Below are positions 17,154 through 28,300 of a stretch of 64,000 bases of DNA, in pieces. Both the position numbers and the translations under genes were made by a program. How positions within the stretch are numbered: position 1 is the first letter of the stretch; the number at the start of each line of letters is the position of its first letter. The notes under the pieces were generated by a model that saw only the letters and a list, made by a program, of their open reading frames with translations, had not been told where the DNA came from and did not search any database. The stretch comes from a virus (taxonomy: Duplodnaviria > Caudoviricetes): IMG/VR virus record IMGVR_UViG_3300024259_001623; one strand, given 5' to 3'.

Positions 17154-20100
17154 TCAAGTATTATTTTTATTATACATGAAACCGACATTATTGACAGTGA
17201 TATCCTGTCCAGAATTGTAATTAGATGTTTTAATCCCAACGTTATATGTAGTAGGATTGGTGATTTCTATTCTCAAATCATCCCGCTTAGACTCAGCAAA
17301 AATTACGACCCCATCTCTAGGACGCAATACATATTCAGATGAAGATATAGCAACATCGCTTGAGTCCCTTACAACAACAGTTGAATCCTCATCCCAGCCA
17401 CTATTAGATGTCTTATACATGAAATCATCTACTCTAATCAGTGGCTCTATTTTTGTGTCTAATATTTCTCCATTTCTTATAGGAATAATTATTTTTCCAC
17501 CCTTATCCCTATCTGGCTTAGAGTCTCTGTTATAATCATTCCAATTATGAGAATGAGCAGTAGACGCGCCCACATTCAAATCGCTAGTATCAAAAGAATC
17601 TATATTAGATCCTGTTGATATAACTATTTGTTGTACAGTTCTATCAATAGTCTCTTTATTCAAGAATATAAAATCTTCTTTAACGCCAGTGTAATCTATA
17701 GTCATACTAATAATTTTTGGAACATTTGGAGAAGGAACATCTTCATATCCTTCAGCATCAGAAATACTTATTCCGCTAGTAAGCTCCATATCAAATTTGA
17801 TATATCTTGCCAAAATATCTCCGAACAACGCTTCATATTCTGGTTCAAATTTATCAGTAAAATTAGAATAATTATAACCATCCTCACTGACTGCGATTCT
17901 CCATTGTCCATTTGTATTTGCCGGTAATTCAAAACTAACAATAACAGAATTCAAATTAACGATCTCGGATAAATCTAAAACATATTCAGCACTACCATAT
18001 CCTAATCCGCCCTTAACGTGTCCAGCCATATTGCCAACATCTCTATCTTCAAAATCATCGACAGCAATAGTAAAAGCTTGTCCTCCAGTTCCATTAGATA
18101 TCAGATTCAATTCTGAATGTCTAGTTTCTTCTTCTAAAATAGAATCTATAGCGATATCATGAACAGACATATTAGCGATAACTACAGGAGAAACAGCCTC
18201 ATCTATGCCATTAACGTACATAATAGCATCTGCCAAAGTCTCTACAGAACCATTTGGTTCATGATCAGCAAAAACAAAATTAGTTTTTCCTATAGAATCA
18301 TATAATGTATCCGAAAGTATTTTAGATCCGAATATCAAAGCATCGTATAGTGGAGAAGCTCCTAAGAAACTCTTAGTAGCGACTTCATTGTCTATAATAT
18401 CTATTGCAGAACTTGCAGACACCAAACCTGTATCTGTTAAATCCTCAATAGATGTTAGCCACAATTCATTCCCTATACAATCTATACTAGATGCTGGCTC
18501 TTGATACAAAAAATCAGAGATTATCTGGAATTCTGTATCATCAGCCAATATACCCAACCCTTCTATCAGCATATTAGAATTTATATTTACGCAACTAGAA
18601 GTATCTATATCAATCTGCTCAAATTCTTCTACAACATTAACAAAGTTTTTGCCGTAATACAAATCATCCATTACGGTTGCTTCTATAACGATTTTATACC
18701 TGATGTCATCCTCTAACTCATGAAAAGCAATATTATCAATAACAGTTGTAATTATATCATCTGCCCTAGGATACAACTGAGCAAATCCTTTTCCATCAAC
18801 TGTTGTAATTGTATCGTTAACAAACAAAACAACATTTTGAGAGATATTTCTTTGTATTAATGGAACAGAAACTCCTGTAGCATCAGCAAATTGCAAATAT
18901 CCTTTGACTCCAACTAATATATCACCAGAAGGAGAATCTCCATTATCGTCTGTCAAATCAATTTCTACTTCTATATTATTTTTACCATCCAAAATCATAT
19001 CATCAGACGCAATAGATGCAACTACACTCAAAAAACTCTTCCCTTTGCCGCTTTCTATTCCGCCGATGACATAAAGACCATCATTTGCCCCATCGTTCAC
19101 CACAGCGGCACCTGAGCCGTTCCTTCCTTGCTCTAAATCGACTAACCCAGTGTAAGTAAAAGCTCTTGCAGCCTCAGCGGCTGAAAAATCTACACTTTCA
19201 AAAGTTTTCAAATTACCAGACTTATCGTTCGACCCACCAACAACATACATTATATTATTAAATGACGTATATGCTGATTTATATTTCAACTCTGGGATAT
19301 CATCAAACAAATTATTTGCTTCAGTCAATAACCCTGAAACAACATTATACTTATAGGCACTAGATAAATAATCTAATTGATTATTTTCTTCAAAGGTTCC
19401 ATTAAGAGCGTATATAATATTTCCTTTTATAAATGAGCAAGGACACAATCTATAATATATACTTGTATCAATAGCATCTATTGCATCAGTGTATGACCAA
19501 GAATCGCCAGATATATTATATGACAAAATTCTATCATTATAAACAAAACTCAATCCGTCAGATGCTATTTTTCTTATACCGCTTAATATATAAACATTAC
19601 CAGTAGACGATATATATTCTGCTGATCCATATGCATTACCATACCCATCAGAAGATACCCCAGAGCCTATCTGAGGCATATCTTCTAATTCCGTCCATGT
19701 ATCAGCAACAGTATCATATTTTTCTACTTTTCTACTTACTACCAAAGCATTATCATTTGAATTATATTCTATACCGCCAAAAACATATATATCAGTTCCG
19801 ACAACTACAGAAGATGTTCCGAATCTTGCTGTATTCATATTTTCTAGGCTTAACCAAGCATCAGTTACAGGATTATAAACTTCTGTACTCTTTAGAACTA
19901 CATTTCCATTTATGCCGCCCATAGCATAGATTTTATCAGCGACAGCCTCGATAGAAAAATACCCTCTACCTGTTGTCATATCAGCAACATCTGTCCAAGT
20001 AACTCCACCTATTACATGTTTACTATTTTTGGCACTAAAGAAAGTAGATGTTCCAACAGAATCTTCAGCATCATTAGTCAATCGAATACAAAAAGTTTTT

Positions 20101-23100
20101 GTATCATTAGAGAGTGCATAATCTACAGTTAAGGTTATTAAAGCATCAAATGTCGTTGATTGAGGAATAGGATCTAAGACTATCGTTGCATAACTCCTTA
20201 CCACGCCTTCATCTATAGCGTCATCGACATCATTATCAACATTAAGAGTTGCATCTTGAACTTTAATTGCATCATTATATATATTAGTAACGCTTACTTG
20301 AACTTCAGTTCCATTCAATATAGGATATCCAGCGCTAGAGACATCAAATAGTATATTATTTTCTGATACTCCATCTATAACAATATTATCTACTCTGTTA
20401 TTATCAACAGTCTTTTCCCATATTCTTATCTCTAAAGGTTCTTGAGGTATAATGACGGTAGGAACTATGGCATTTGAAACATTTCCTCCGCCAGTTATAT
20501 TAATGCCCTTACCGTCGAATACAGAAGTTATAGATGCAGACACAGTAATTTCATTTTCATATTTTACAATTTTACTTTCTGCGCAAAAACATTCATTAGA
20601 AGGTTCTTCAAACCCTGTTGATCTTTGTCCGGCAATATCTTTACCTAGTCTGAAATACACTTCAGTAGAATCGCCATCATCTAAACTAACAAAAGCAGAT
20701 CCATAATCTATATTTGCACTAGATATATCTAAGATAAGTTCTCCGGTATATGGATCAACTTGTTCAATCACATCTCCCCAAATAATTTCTAATTCTTCCT
20801 CATCAGATGTTATATTAACAACCTGTCCTGGCAGAAGTTCATATATAGTCTTACCCAAACTGGTCATGCAACTTCTGAAACAAGATGAATATGCAGTTGC
20901 AGAAGTACTAGCGTCATGACTTATTAAAGCTTTAACATAAAATCTACCATCGGTATATAGCGTTTGTTTTACGTTGTCGAATTCCATTAACAAATGAGAA
21001 CCAGCAGACTCTTGCCCATCGAATCCAACCGGGACCATATTCATTACTCTACTGGAAGTAACAGACATCCCATCATATAAAACTGATGCTTGCAATAAAT
21101 GAGATTCGTATAAAATATTTCCATCATTATCGTATCCCTGGAACTCTACCCCTGAAACTGGTCCTACAAAAACATTATCAGATATACCATTTGTTATATA
21201 TGAATATACACCGTCTGGCATTGCTATATCATCATCTGAGTATATAATTCTCTGAGGATAGGAATTACTTTGTTTTATTAACTCCCATTTAACTATAGTA
21301 TTATCATCTGGATATTCCCTTTTAGATACATTATCAGGGTCATCCGGGTCTATAACGAAAACATTCGCCATCTGTTCAGCTACATTAACTCCATTTGCTA
21401 TAGGAGCATTTGATAATAACTCTATTTTTAATGTGCTATCAAAAACAACCAAAAACTTTTTGACTAAAGATACTCCAAACATAGACACTTTGGCATACAT
21501 CAAAATATTTTGTGGAACAGATGGAGGATCAATAGATACATCAAAAACATTTGCATCTATACTTCCAGATGCATTTCCCAATTCATCTAAAAGATCTATT
21601 TGAGTACTTTTATTCTCAGTAGCAACCAGAAGACTATCATTTAAAGCAGACTTTTCAGCTTCTGAACTATCGCATAAATCCTTATCAGTATTGTATAAAG
21701 CTATCTGTATATTACTAAAGTTTCTATTGTAATTATTCTTGTAAGACATTATCAATCTAGATACGAAATTTTCTGACGCATTTATATAAGTGCCATCATA
21801 CGTTTTTATTGATAATGGAGAATTGTCATCCAACACAGAAATAGCATTATTGCATTTTATCTCAACCGTCTTTTTATCTCTATTAGTAATATCAAAATCT
21901 AATGGATTATCTAATATTACTTCAACCTCTTGAGGATGATACTCAAACACGTTTGTAACATAGTCGCCATTACTATCTATTTCGCTATTTACATCAGGAA
22001 CAAATATCTTCATCTGTATAGTGAATTTAAGCCGTTTAATATTTTTAAGTAACTCTAGGACAGAACCGCTAGAAAATCTTACTGTAAGTACTCCATTATT
22101 AACACCATCTTCTATATTAGTTAAAACAAAATTATATAATTCATCATCAGAAGGAACAGTTATACTTGTTTCATCATTAAAAACATCTTCTGCTGCATCA
22201 TCAGCTATTGTAGACTCTACAGTTATTGTGGAGTCTACCTGTAAATCTTCTGCCAATAGGTTGTCAAATTCGTCCAATAATTTAGAATAAACAATAATAT
22301 CATCATCGAAATAACCTGTTATTCTTCTAGGATTTGGGATAGTGTTCCAAGAGATATTGGCAGAAGTACCATTTAATATTTCATAAGATAGGTTTTCTAT
22401 CTTTCTTAAAGGAATACCATCGTCATTCAAATCTCTTTCTGGAGTACCAGCAACATTGGCGACATTAGAAATTCTATTATATCTATCAATAGTAAAAACA
22501 GAATAATAATAAGAATCTCCATTTTGCAGTCTTCTATGTACAAAATTGGTTTCATCAGCATTCCCATCAAAAACTTTTGTTCCTGCAAAATTGTCATCTT
22601 CGGTAATCGGGAAAGATTCATTAGACATATAAACTAAAATTCTTTCTGCCAATCCATTTAAATTACTTAATGTCCATGAGATATAATTTTTTTCATTACC
22701 CTCTCTGAGAACAACATTAGATGGGCCAGGAATATCATCAACAGAAACAGGCAACGACTGACGATTCTTACTATCAATATCTTCCATCAATAATGGAACA
22801 TTAATAGAATCATTAATATTATTATAAAAATCAGATGAGTTATTGGCAAACATCCTGAAATTATAACTATTATTTAATATAAAGTCTTCTCTATAAGTGG
22901 TATAAAAATTACCAGCAGATATTACTGCTTCATATATAATAGATCCATCATCTTCATTACCGGGAATACTAAAATCATTTTTGACTATTCTAGCTGTTCC
23001 ACCAATTGAATCTGAGGTAGCAGGCACAGAATATTTCAATATCGCAAGTCTATCTCCGTTATCCGTGACTGAATTATTGAATTGTTCTAAAATATAAGTA

Positions 23101-24446
23101 CTACTCCTAATACTTTTATGTACACTTACTTCTGTCATTTCACCAGCAAATTGATCGACTACCCCAAGTCTGTCAAAACCTATATCCAAAAACATATCTG
23201 CTGGCGTATAAATTTTACCAATTGAGGAAGTACCTGAGGAAATCCCATTTACAAAAAACTCTACATTGACATTAGCCGAATCTGAATAATCCATTGTAAT
23301 AGCTACATGATTCCATTCATTTTCTGTTATAACGCCAGCATCAGATGCAACAAGGGTAGGAGTAGACAAGAACACAGAACCAGAGGCTACAATAACAGCA
23401 TAATCCCTTACAGCCACACCACTTCTCGCTATAACAGTAGCAGTAATAGAATTATCATATGGCTTAATCCAAAACATTAATGTCATAGTTTGATTTTCTA
23501 ACAATTCAAAATTCCTATTGGCAATAGCTGTAGATGCTGTTGTATGTATCCCATCAAACCTCAAACCAGATCGTCCAACAGGAGTTTCATTCTCTGTTAG
23601 CCATACAGGATTAACATCAGATAATGTTAAATCGTCGGTAGCATTCATATCATAAAGAGTATTTTCTGTACCCTCATCGAGATGCCACGCCCCCTCTACA
23701 TTACTATCAACTCTAACAGATGAACCATTAAGAGTTTCCCCGCTAAATGTTTTAATACCAGTAGGAGCATCACCGCTTTGAGGAGAAACTATAACTTGAA
23801 CTGGATCGCTAAAATGATAATTAGAATCAAAAGTATATATAGAATAATAATATGTTGTATTAACTACAAGCTCATTATCATAAACTTTCTTGGCAACTCC
23901 ATCATAAACCAACTCTCCGTCTATTGGGCTATCAGAAAAGCTACCTTCTTTTCTTAAAACTCTGATACCATAAAAATCATCATCTCTGTCCACAAAATCA
24001 TCAACCAAATAAATAGAATCTGTATTAAATGTATGAGATAATGGATTATTTTCCAATAAAGCTGCCCCTACAGAAATAGATACTTTTTTACCTCCATATG
24101 TCAATACATTATATTCTACCAACCCCGGATATGTAGCGGATATTCTTCTTATCAGTCTCTTAGCTATTTCCAAATCTAATTCGTCTTTATCATTCCATGA
24201 CATACTTCCGCTTCTATCAAAAACCAAATTGACAATCCTATCATCCAATTTTAATTTTATATCTTCTCCACCAAAATTGTCATTTATCTTTTGTGTATTA
24301 TATAAAGTAAGATTCGCATCCGAAAAAGAATTCACGAACAACGACTGGTCAGTTGGAGCCGGTATCGAAATCTCTCCATAACCTGACTGGCTATTATCGC
24401 TAAAAATCTTTAAAGCATGCTGTTTATTAAAATCTACTGTCCACAT
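17154..24446 (-). CDS. Giant virion (tail fibre/baseplate/adhesin-like) protein: VWA + FN3 + LamG + Ig-like + Kelch propeller
   Basis: MIDAS VFDRSGSMS (~24200); LamG GAWHLDEG...TLMFWIKP...WNHVAIT (~23700-23080); FN3-type YYYSVFT; Kelch repeats (~20010-19040); GASPLYDAL...TGGQAF (~18420-18070). 2430 aa, acidic, beta-rich. Confidence 0.8.
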   Translation of the reverse strand: MWTVDFNKQHALKIFSDNSQSGYGEISIPAPTDQSLFVNSFSDANLTLYNTQKINDNFGGEDIKLKLDDRIVNLVFDRSGSMSWNDKDELDLEIAKRLIRRISATYPGLVEYNVLTYGGKKVSISVGAALLENNPLSHTFNTDSIYLVDDFVDRDDDFYGIRVLRKEGSFSDSPIDGELVYDGVAKKVYDNELVVNTTYYYSIYTFDSNYHFSDPVQVIVSPQSGDAPTGIKTFSGETLNGSSVRVDSNVEGAWHLDEGTENTLYDMNATDDLTLSDVNPVWLTENETPVGRSGLRFDGIHTTASTAIANRNFELLENQTMTLMFWIKPYDNSITATVIARSGVAVRDYAVIVASGSVFLSTPTLVASDAGVITENEWNHVAITMDYSDSANVNVEFFVNGISSGTSSIGKIYTPADMFLDIGFDRLGVVDQFAGEMTEVSVHKSIRSSTYILEQFNNSVTDNGDRLAILKYSVPATSDSIGGTARIVKNDFSIPGNEDDGSIIYEAVISAGNFYTTYREDFILNNSYNFRMFANNSSDFYNNINDSINVPLLMEDIDSKNRQSLPVSVDDIPGPSNVVLREGNEKNYISWTLSNLNGLAERILVYMSNESFPITEDDNFAGTKVFDGNADETNFVHRRLQNGDSYYYSVFTIDRYNRISNVANVAGTPERDLNDDGIPLRKIENLSYEILNGTSANISWNTIPNPRRITGYFDDDIIVYSKLLDEFDNLLAEDLQVDSTITVESTIADDAAEDVFNDETSITVPSDDELYNFVLTNIEDGVNNGVLTVRFSSGSVLELLKNIKRLKFTIQMKIFVPDVNSEIDSNGDYVTNVFEYHPQEVEVILDNPLDFDITNRDKKTVEIKCNNAISVLDDNSPLSIKTYDGTYINASENFVSRLIMSYKNNYNRNFSNIQIALYNTDKDLCDSSEAEKSALNDSLLVATENKSTQIDLLDELGNASGSIDANVFDVSIDPPSVPQNILMYAKVSMFGVSLVKKFLVVFDSTLKIELLSNAPIANGVNVAEQMANVFVIDPDDPDNVSKREYPDDNTIVKWELIKQSNSYPQRIIYSDDDIAMPDGVYSYITNGISDNVFVGPVSGVEFQGYDNDGNILYESHLLQASVLYDGMSVTSSRVMNMVPVGFDGQESAGSHLLMEFDNVKQTLYTDGRFYVKALISHDASTSATAYSSCFRSCMTSLGKTIYELLPGQVVNITSDEEELEIIWGDVIEQVDPYTGELILDISSANIDYGSAFVSLDDGDSTEVYFRLGKDIAGQRSTGFEEPSNECFCAESKIVKYENEITVSASITSVFDGKGINITGGGNVSNAIVPTVIIPQEPLEIRIWEKTVDNNRVDNIVIDGVSENNILFDVSSAGYPILNGTEVQVSVTNIYNDAIKVQDATLNVDNDVDDAIDEGVVRSYATIVLDPIPQSTTFDALITLTVDYALSNDTKTFCIRLTNDAEDSVGTSTFFSAKNSKHVIGGVTWTDVADMTTGRGYFSIEAVADKIYAMGGINGNVVLKSTEVYNPVTDAWLSLENMNTARFGTSSVVVGTDIYVFGGIEYNSNDNALVVSRKVEKYDTVADTWTELEDMPQIGSGVSSDGYGNAYGSAEYISSTGNVYILSGIRKIASDGLSFVYNDRILSYNISGDSWSYTDAIDAIDTSIYYRLCPCSFIKGNIIYALNGTFEENNQLDYLSSAYKYNVVSGLLTEANNLFDDIPELKYKSAYTSFNNIMYVVGGSNDKSGNLKTFESVDFSAAEAARAFTYTGLVDLEQGRNGSGAAVVNDGANDGLYVIGGIESGKGKSFLSVVASIASDDMILDGKNNIEVEIDLTDDNGDSPSGDILVGVKGYLQFADATGVSVPLIQRNISQNVVLFVNDTITTVDGKGFAQLYPRADDIITTVIDNIAFHELEDDIRYKIVIEATVMDDLYYGKNFVNVVEEFEQIDIDTSSCVNINSNMLIEGLGILADDTEFQIISDFLYQEPASSIDCIGNELWLTSIEDLTDTGLVSASSAIDIIDNEVATKSFLGASPLYDALIFGSKILSDTLYDSIGKTNFVFADHEPNGSVETLADAIMYVNGIDEAVSPVVIANMSVHDIAIDSILEEETRHSELNLISNGTGGQAFTIAVDDFEDRDVGNMAGHVKGGLGYGSAEYVLDLSEIVNLNSVIVSFELPANTNGQWRIAVSEDGYNYSNFTDKFEPEYEALFGDILARYIKFDMELTSGISISDAEGYEDVPSPNVPKIISMTIDYTGVKEDFIFLNKETIDRTVQQIVISTGSNIDSFDTSDLNVGASTAHSHNWNDYNRDSKPDRDKGGKIIIPIRNGEILDTKIEPLIRVDDFMYKTSNSGWDEDSTVVVRDSSDVAISSSEYVLRPRDGVVIFAESKRDDLRIEITNPTTYNVGIKTSNYNSGQDITVNNVGFMYNKNNT

Positions 24447-24463
24447 GTTGATTTCCCAGAATA

Positions 24464-25327
24464 TTATTCATTTATAGCTGAAGGTTCTGAAGTATAACCA
24501 TCAGCGTTACTATCAAAGTTTTCCCATACTAAAAAATTATCATCATCGCTACCAGATGAAGATAAAACTATCGCAAAAGAGTCATCATAAGTTATACTGA
24601 CTCCATCATCAATTGGATTTAAATCAAAATTATACCAATCGCTTTGCTTCATATTCTCTCTAGTAGTTTTGAAATCATGTATATATAACGGAGTTGTTGG
24701 CTGATAATCAACGTTAATGTTGTATAAGCCAACATGGGCCGTTATATAAGGAGCATCAGTAAATATCTTAGCGCTGGCTCCAACTGGAGCAACAACAGGA
24801 TCAATAGCGACCTGATCTAACAAGGCATCAGTCGTTCCAATTCGTATTCCCAAATCATGTTCATTACTATCAGCAAGATTAATGCTTAACGGTCCAATCC
24901 ATTCCCAGACCCCACCAGCAGCAGCAAAAGGCCCATTTAAGGCCACGGCATCATCTATCAATATTTGATAATCTATATTGCCCGCAGCTAATTTGTTTAC
25001 TCTTAAATAAACGTCATGGTTCCCGCTATCCTTAACTGGGAATTCTATTATAGAAAAATTAGTTATAGCACCTGGAGCGGCATATACAGCAGATGGTACT
25101 ACTACATATCCTGATCCGCTGTATCCAGAAACGGTATCGCTTACAAATATATTATTTGTAAAAAGAGATACCGCATAAAAATTATTAGCATCAATAATAT
25201 TTTCTTGCGATAAATCAAAAAAATCCGTTTTGTCTGGGTTATTCACTAATAATTTCAAAGAGGCTTTTGTTGGAACAAAATTCCCGTTTACACTAAAAAC
25301 TTGTGCTAATTTACTTGTTCTTCTCAT
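24464..25327 (-). CDS. Virion protein with CBM6/CBM35-like carbohydrate-binding jelly roll
   Basis: YSGSGYV, GNHDVYLRV, WEWIG, GEH/NEH-type strand, LLDQVAI; located among tail genes. Confidence 0.6.
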   Translation of the reverse strand: MRRTSKLAQVFSVNGNFVPTKASLKLLVNNPDKTDFFDLSQENIIDANNFYAVSLFTNNIFVSDTVSGYSGSGYVVVPSAVYAAPGAITNFSIIEFPVKDSGNHDVYLRVNKLAAGNIDYQILIDDAVALNGPFAAAGGVWEWIGPLSINLADSNEHDLGIRIGTTDALLDQVAIDPVVAPVGASAKIFTDAPYITAHVGLYNINVDYQPTTPLYIHDFKTTRENMKQSDWYNFDLNPIDDGVSITYDDSFAIVLSSSGSDDDNFLVWENFDSNADGYTSEPSAINE

Positions 25328-25332
25328 TTATA

Positions 25333-28300
25333 TTAAATTTCCTTTCCGTTACTTATTTTTATCGGGTCAGACTCCGAAGAAACTTTCAATAAACCATATC
25401 CAAAAGCCCATATATCGTTATCAACATATAATCCTTTATGTATAGTTGTTAAACCAGTGCTTGTCGCAGAAAAAGTCGATCCGTCCGTAGTAGTATAATA
25501 ACTACCATTATTCGCAAACGCCACAAAGCTTATTCCATCGCTTTTTAATGCAACGCTATTAACCACTAAAAGTTCTGATGCTGTTAGATTACCTAAAACA
25601 TCAACCACAGAAGTTTGAGCATTTCCGCTTGGGAACGTCGTATTATCATATCTCAGACCAGTATTGGAACCCATAGCAATATTAACTTTATATTTAACCA
25701 TATCATTAATCTGATCATTTAATAAACCGCTGCTGTTCCAGACAAATCCATCTAAACTGTATTTCAATTCATCATTATCTACTACATACAATAAATTAGT
25801 TGATAACATATTTGTAACATCAGAAGTAGACAAGACCAAGTGCCATTCCCTTCTGTCAGATTCTTTATAAAATATACCATCATCAGTAGAAACAACCAGG
25901 TTCCCCTTGAATGTATCTATCTTATTAATATCGCCAGTTATACCTCTTATAATAATTCTCTCCCAATTCGACAAATCTTGTGTCTTATATATATTACTTC
26001 TCGTTACAATATAGACATCATCATCATCAATTAAAATATTATTTACCGTGGAATTATTAGCATCAGCGTCAAAAACGACATTAGACAAAGAGAAATCATC
26101 TTTATCCATAGAAACCAAACCATCCAAATGAGCTATCAAAACAACGCCTTCGTCATCAAAATATTTGGCATCTAGAACATAATCAACATTGATATAATCT
26201 CCAATGATAGATTTCTCTTCTATATAATCTACAGTAGAATTTAAAGTATCATACCAATTAGAATCTGTAGAAATTATATATTTTGAATTAACGGGAGTAG
26301 TAAGATCAACTCCACATTCATCCACATTGTTCTCTTGCTCGTCTGGATATGTTTCTTCCAAAAATATTCCCATATTGACTATATTAGATTGTTGTACCTC
26401 GGACAATGCTGTAGACAAACCAGAATCTATTATTTCAAAGACATCATCTTCTAATTCTTCATGAGTAAATATTCCACCATGTCTTATAGAAGTACCTTCC
26501 AAAGTTATTGAGATTACATCATATTTATCAAAATTATTTTCAAACACAAATATCCCGCTTGAAGCATCTATAAATGTAACCTCATTCTTACTAGACTCAA
26601 ATACAGAGATACTAGGAGAAACAGCAGGAATCATTTCGACCAAATCATATTCGCTTGAACTAAAATCTTCTCCTACAGTAGAAGCCAAAAATCTATCATA
26701 ATCAATAATTTTATAATCAACACTATCTATCTGAGCGTCAACAAAAAATCTTACTTTTTTGTATCTTTGAGCATAGACTTTATAAAAATCATCTACTATA
26801 TCTCCGACTACATCATATATTGTTTCATCGCCAGTTAATATTTCTGTTCCGGCAATAACATTTTGCAATCTCAATAAATCAACACCGTAATCAGCTATAT
26901 ATCCATTGGCTCTACTCAAATTAGAATTATCTTCTGTAAAATCATCAAAAGAAACACTTGAAAGAGACTCTTCTACCGCAGATGTAGTTGCTCCTATATT
27001 ATCATAATAACTCGCATAGTTCCTTTTGAATCCTATTACTGAATCATATTTTTGATCGAACCATGTTGTATTTTTGATTTTATATAACATATATTGATTA
27101 GCAACAGAGACTATAGAGCTATCATCTATTCTAATATCAAAAGATACTGAATTATTAGGAATTGAATAATACGCTCCAATTTCTCTTCTATTTTTATCAA
27201 CATAGATTGAGGGAGTTATTACACTACTCTCTTCAAAAACTTTCGTTACGTTATTTAAATTGCTTACTCCAGAAGAAAATTGATTATCGCTTCCAATGTA
27301 TATATTACTTCCTATAACATTTAATGATGTGGCTATATTAATGCCCCTATTAGAATTATCATCAGGAACTCCAACTTCATCAAACGATATAGCAGAACTC
27401 GTTTTTATATCATCGCTTGATATATGTATTCCATTATCTGTAGCAACCATAAGTCTATCAGTTCCGCCATCATCAAATATAACAAATCTTCTAGCCTCAT
27501 TACAATTAAGAGATGCTACCATTGTATATTCAGAATCAGTATTCAACTTTCTCCATATATTACATTCTGCTAACGCGAAAATATAAAATCCATCTACAAT
27601 AAACTGGTGTATAGGATTTTTCTCTACATATTCATCTATAGCTTCCCAAACCGTTTCTCCATCATCCAACTGGAATAGTCCTATTTCCGTGCTAACAATA
27701 ACATTATTGAATCTAACCAACATACCAAAACAATTTGACGAGATTCCAGACATCAATCTTGTTTGAGTAAAAGCAGGAAATTCATTCAAAGTAGCAAAAG
27801 AAATTTCATAAACACCTATATCTGTGCTTATATATATAGTTCCATCTGATTTCTCTGCTATATCTCTACATACTGAAACTCCTCTAATGCCTTCTATCTT
27901 ACTCCATGTGATTCCATTCTTACTTGTATAAACAAAACCAAAACCTAAAGCAAAATAACTATCAGATACAGAAGAGTAATACAATTTATGAACGACTCCA
28001 TCTGTCTCAAGAGCTAAATTCCAACTAGCTCCACTGTTAGTAGAATACATTATACCCTTACTCGTAGCTGCGACTAGAGGAGGAGTAACGTCTATCCCTG
28101 GGAAATATCCTAATGGGAAATAGTTAGGAGGAAAAACTCCTATAGTAAAATATCCAGATGTCAGAACTTCTGCTGGAGTGCTGGAAACATACAAGAATCC
28201 TGGAGGGAAATAGTTAGGAGGAAAATAGCCAGAAGCAAAATACTGATTTACAGCCGAATCTCCAGAAACCGTAGTTACATCATAAAAAGTAATAGAAGAT

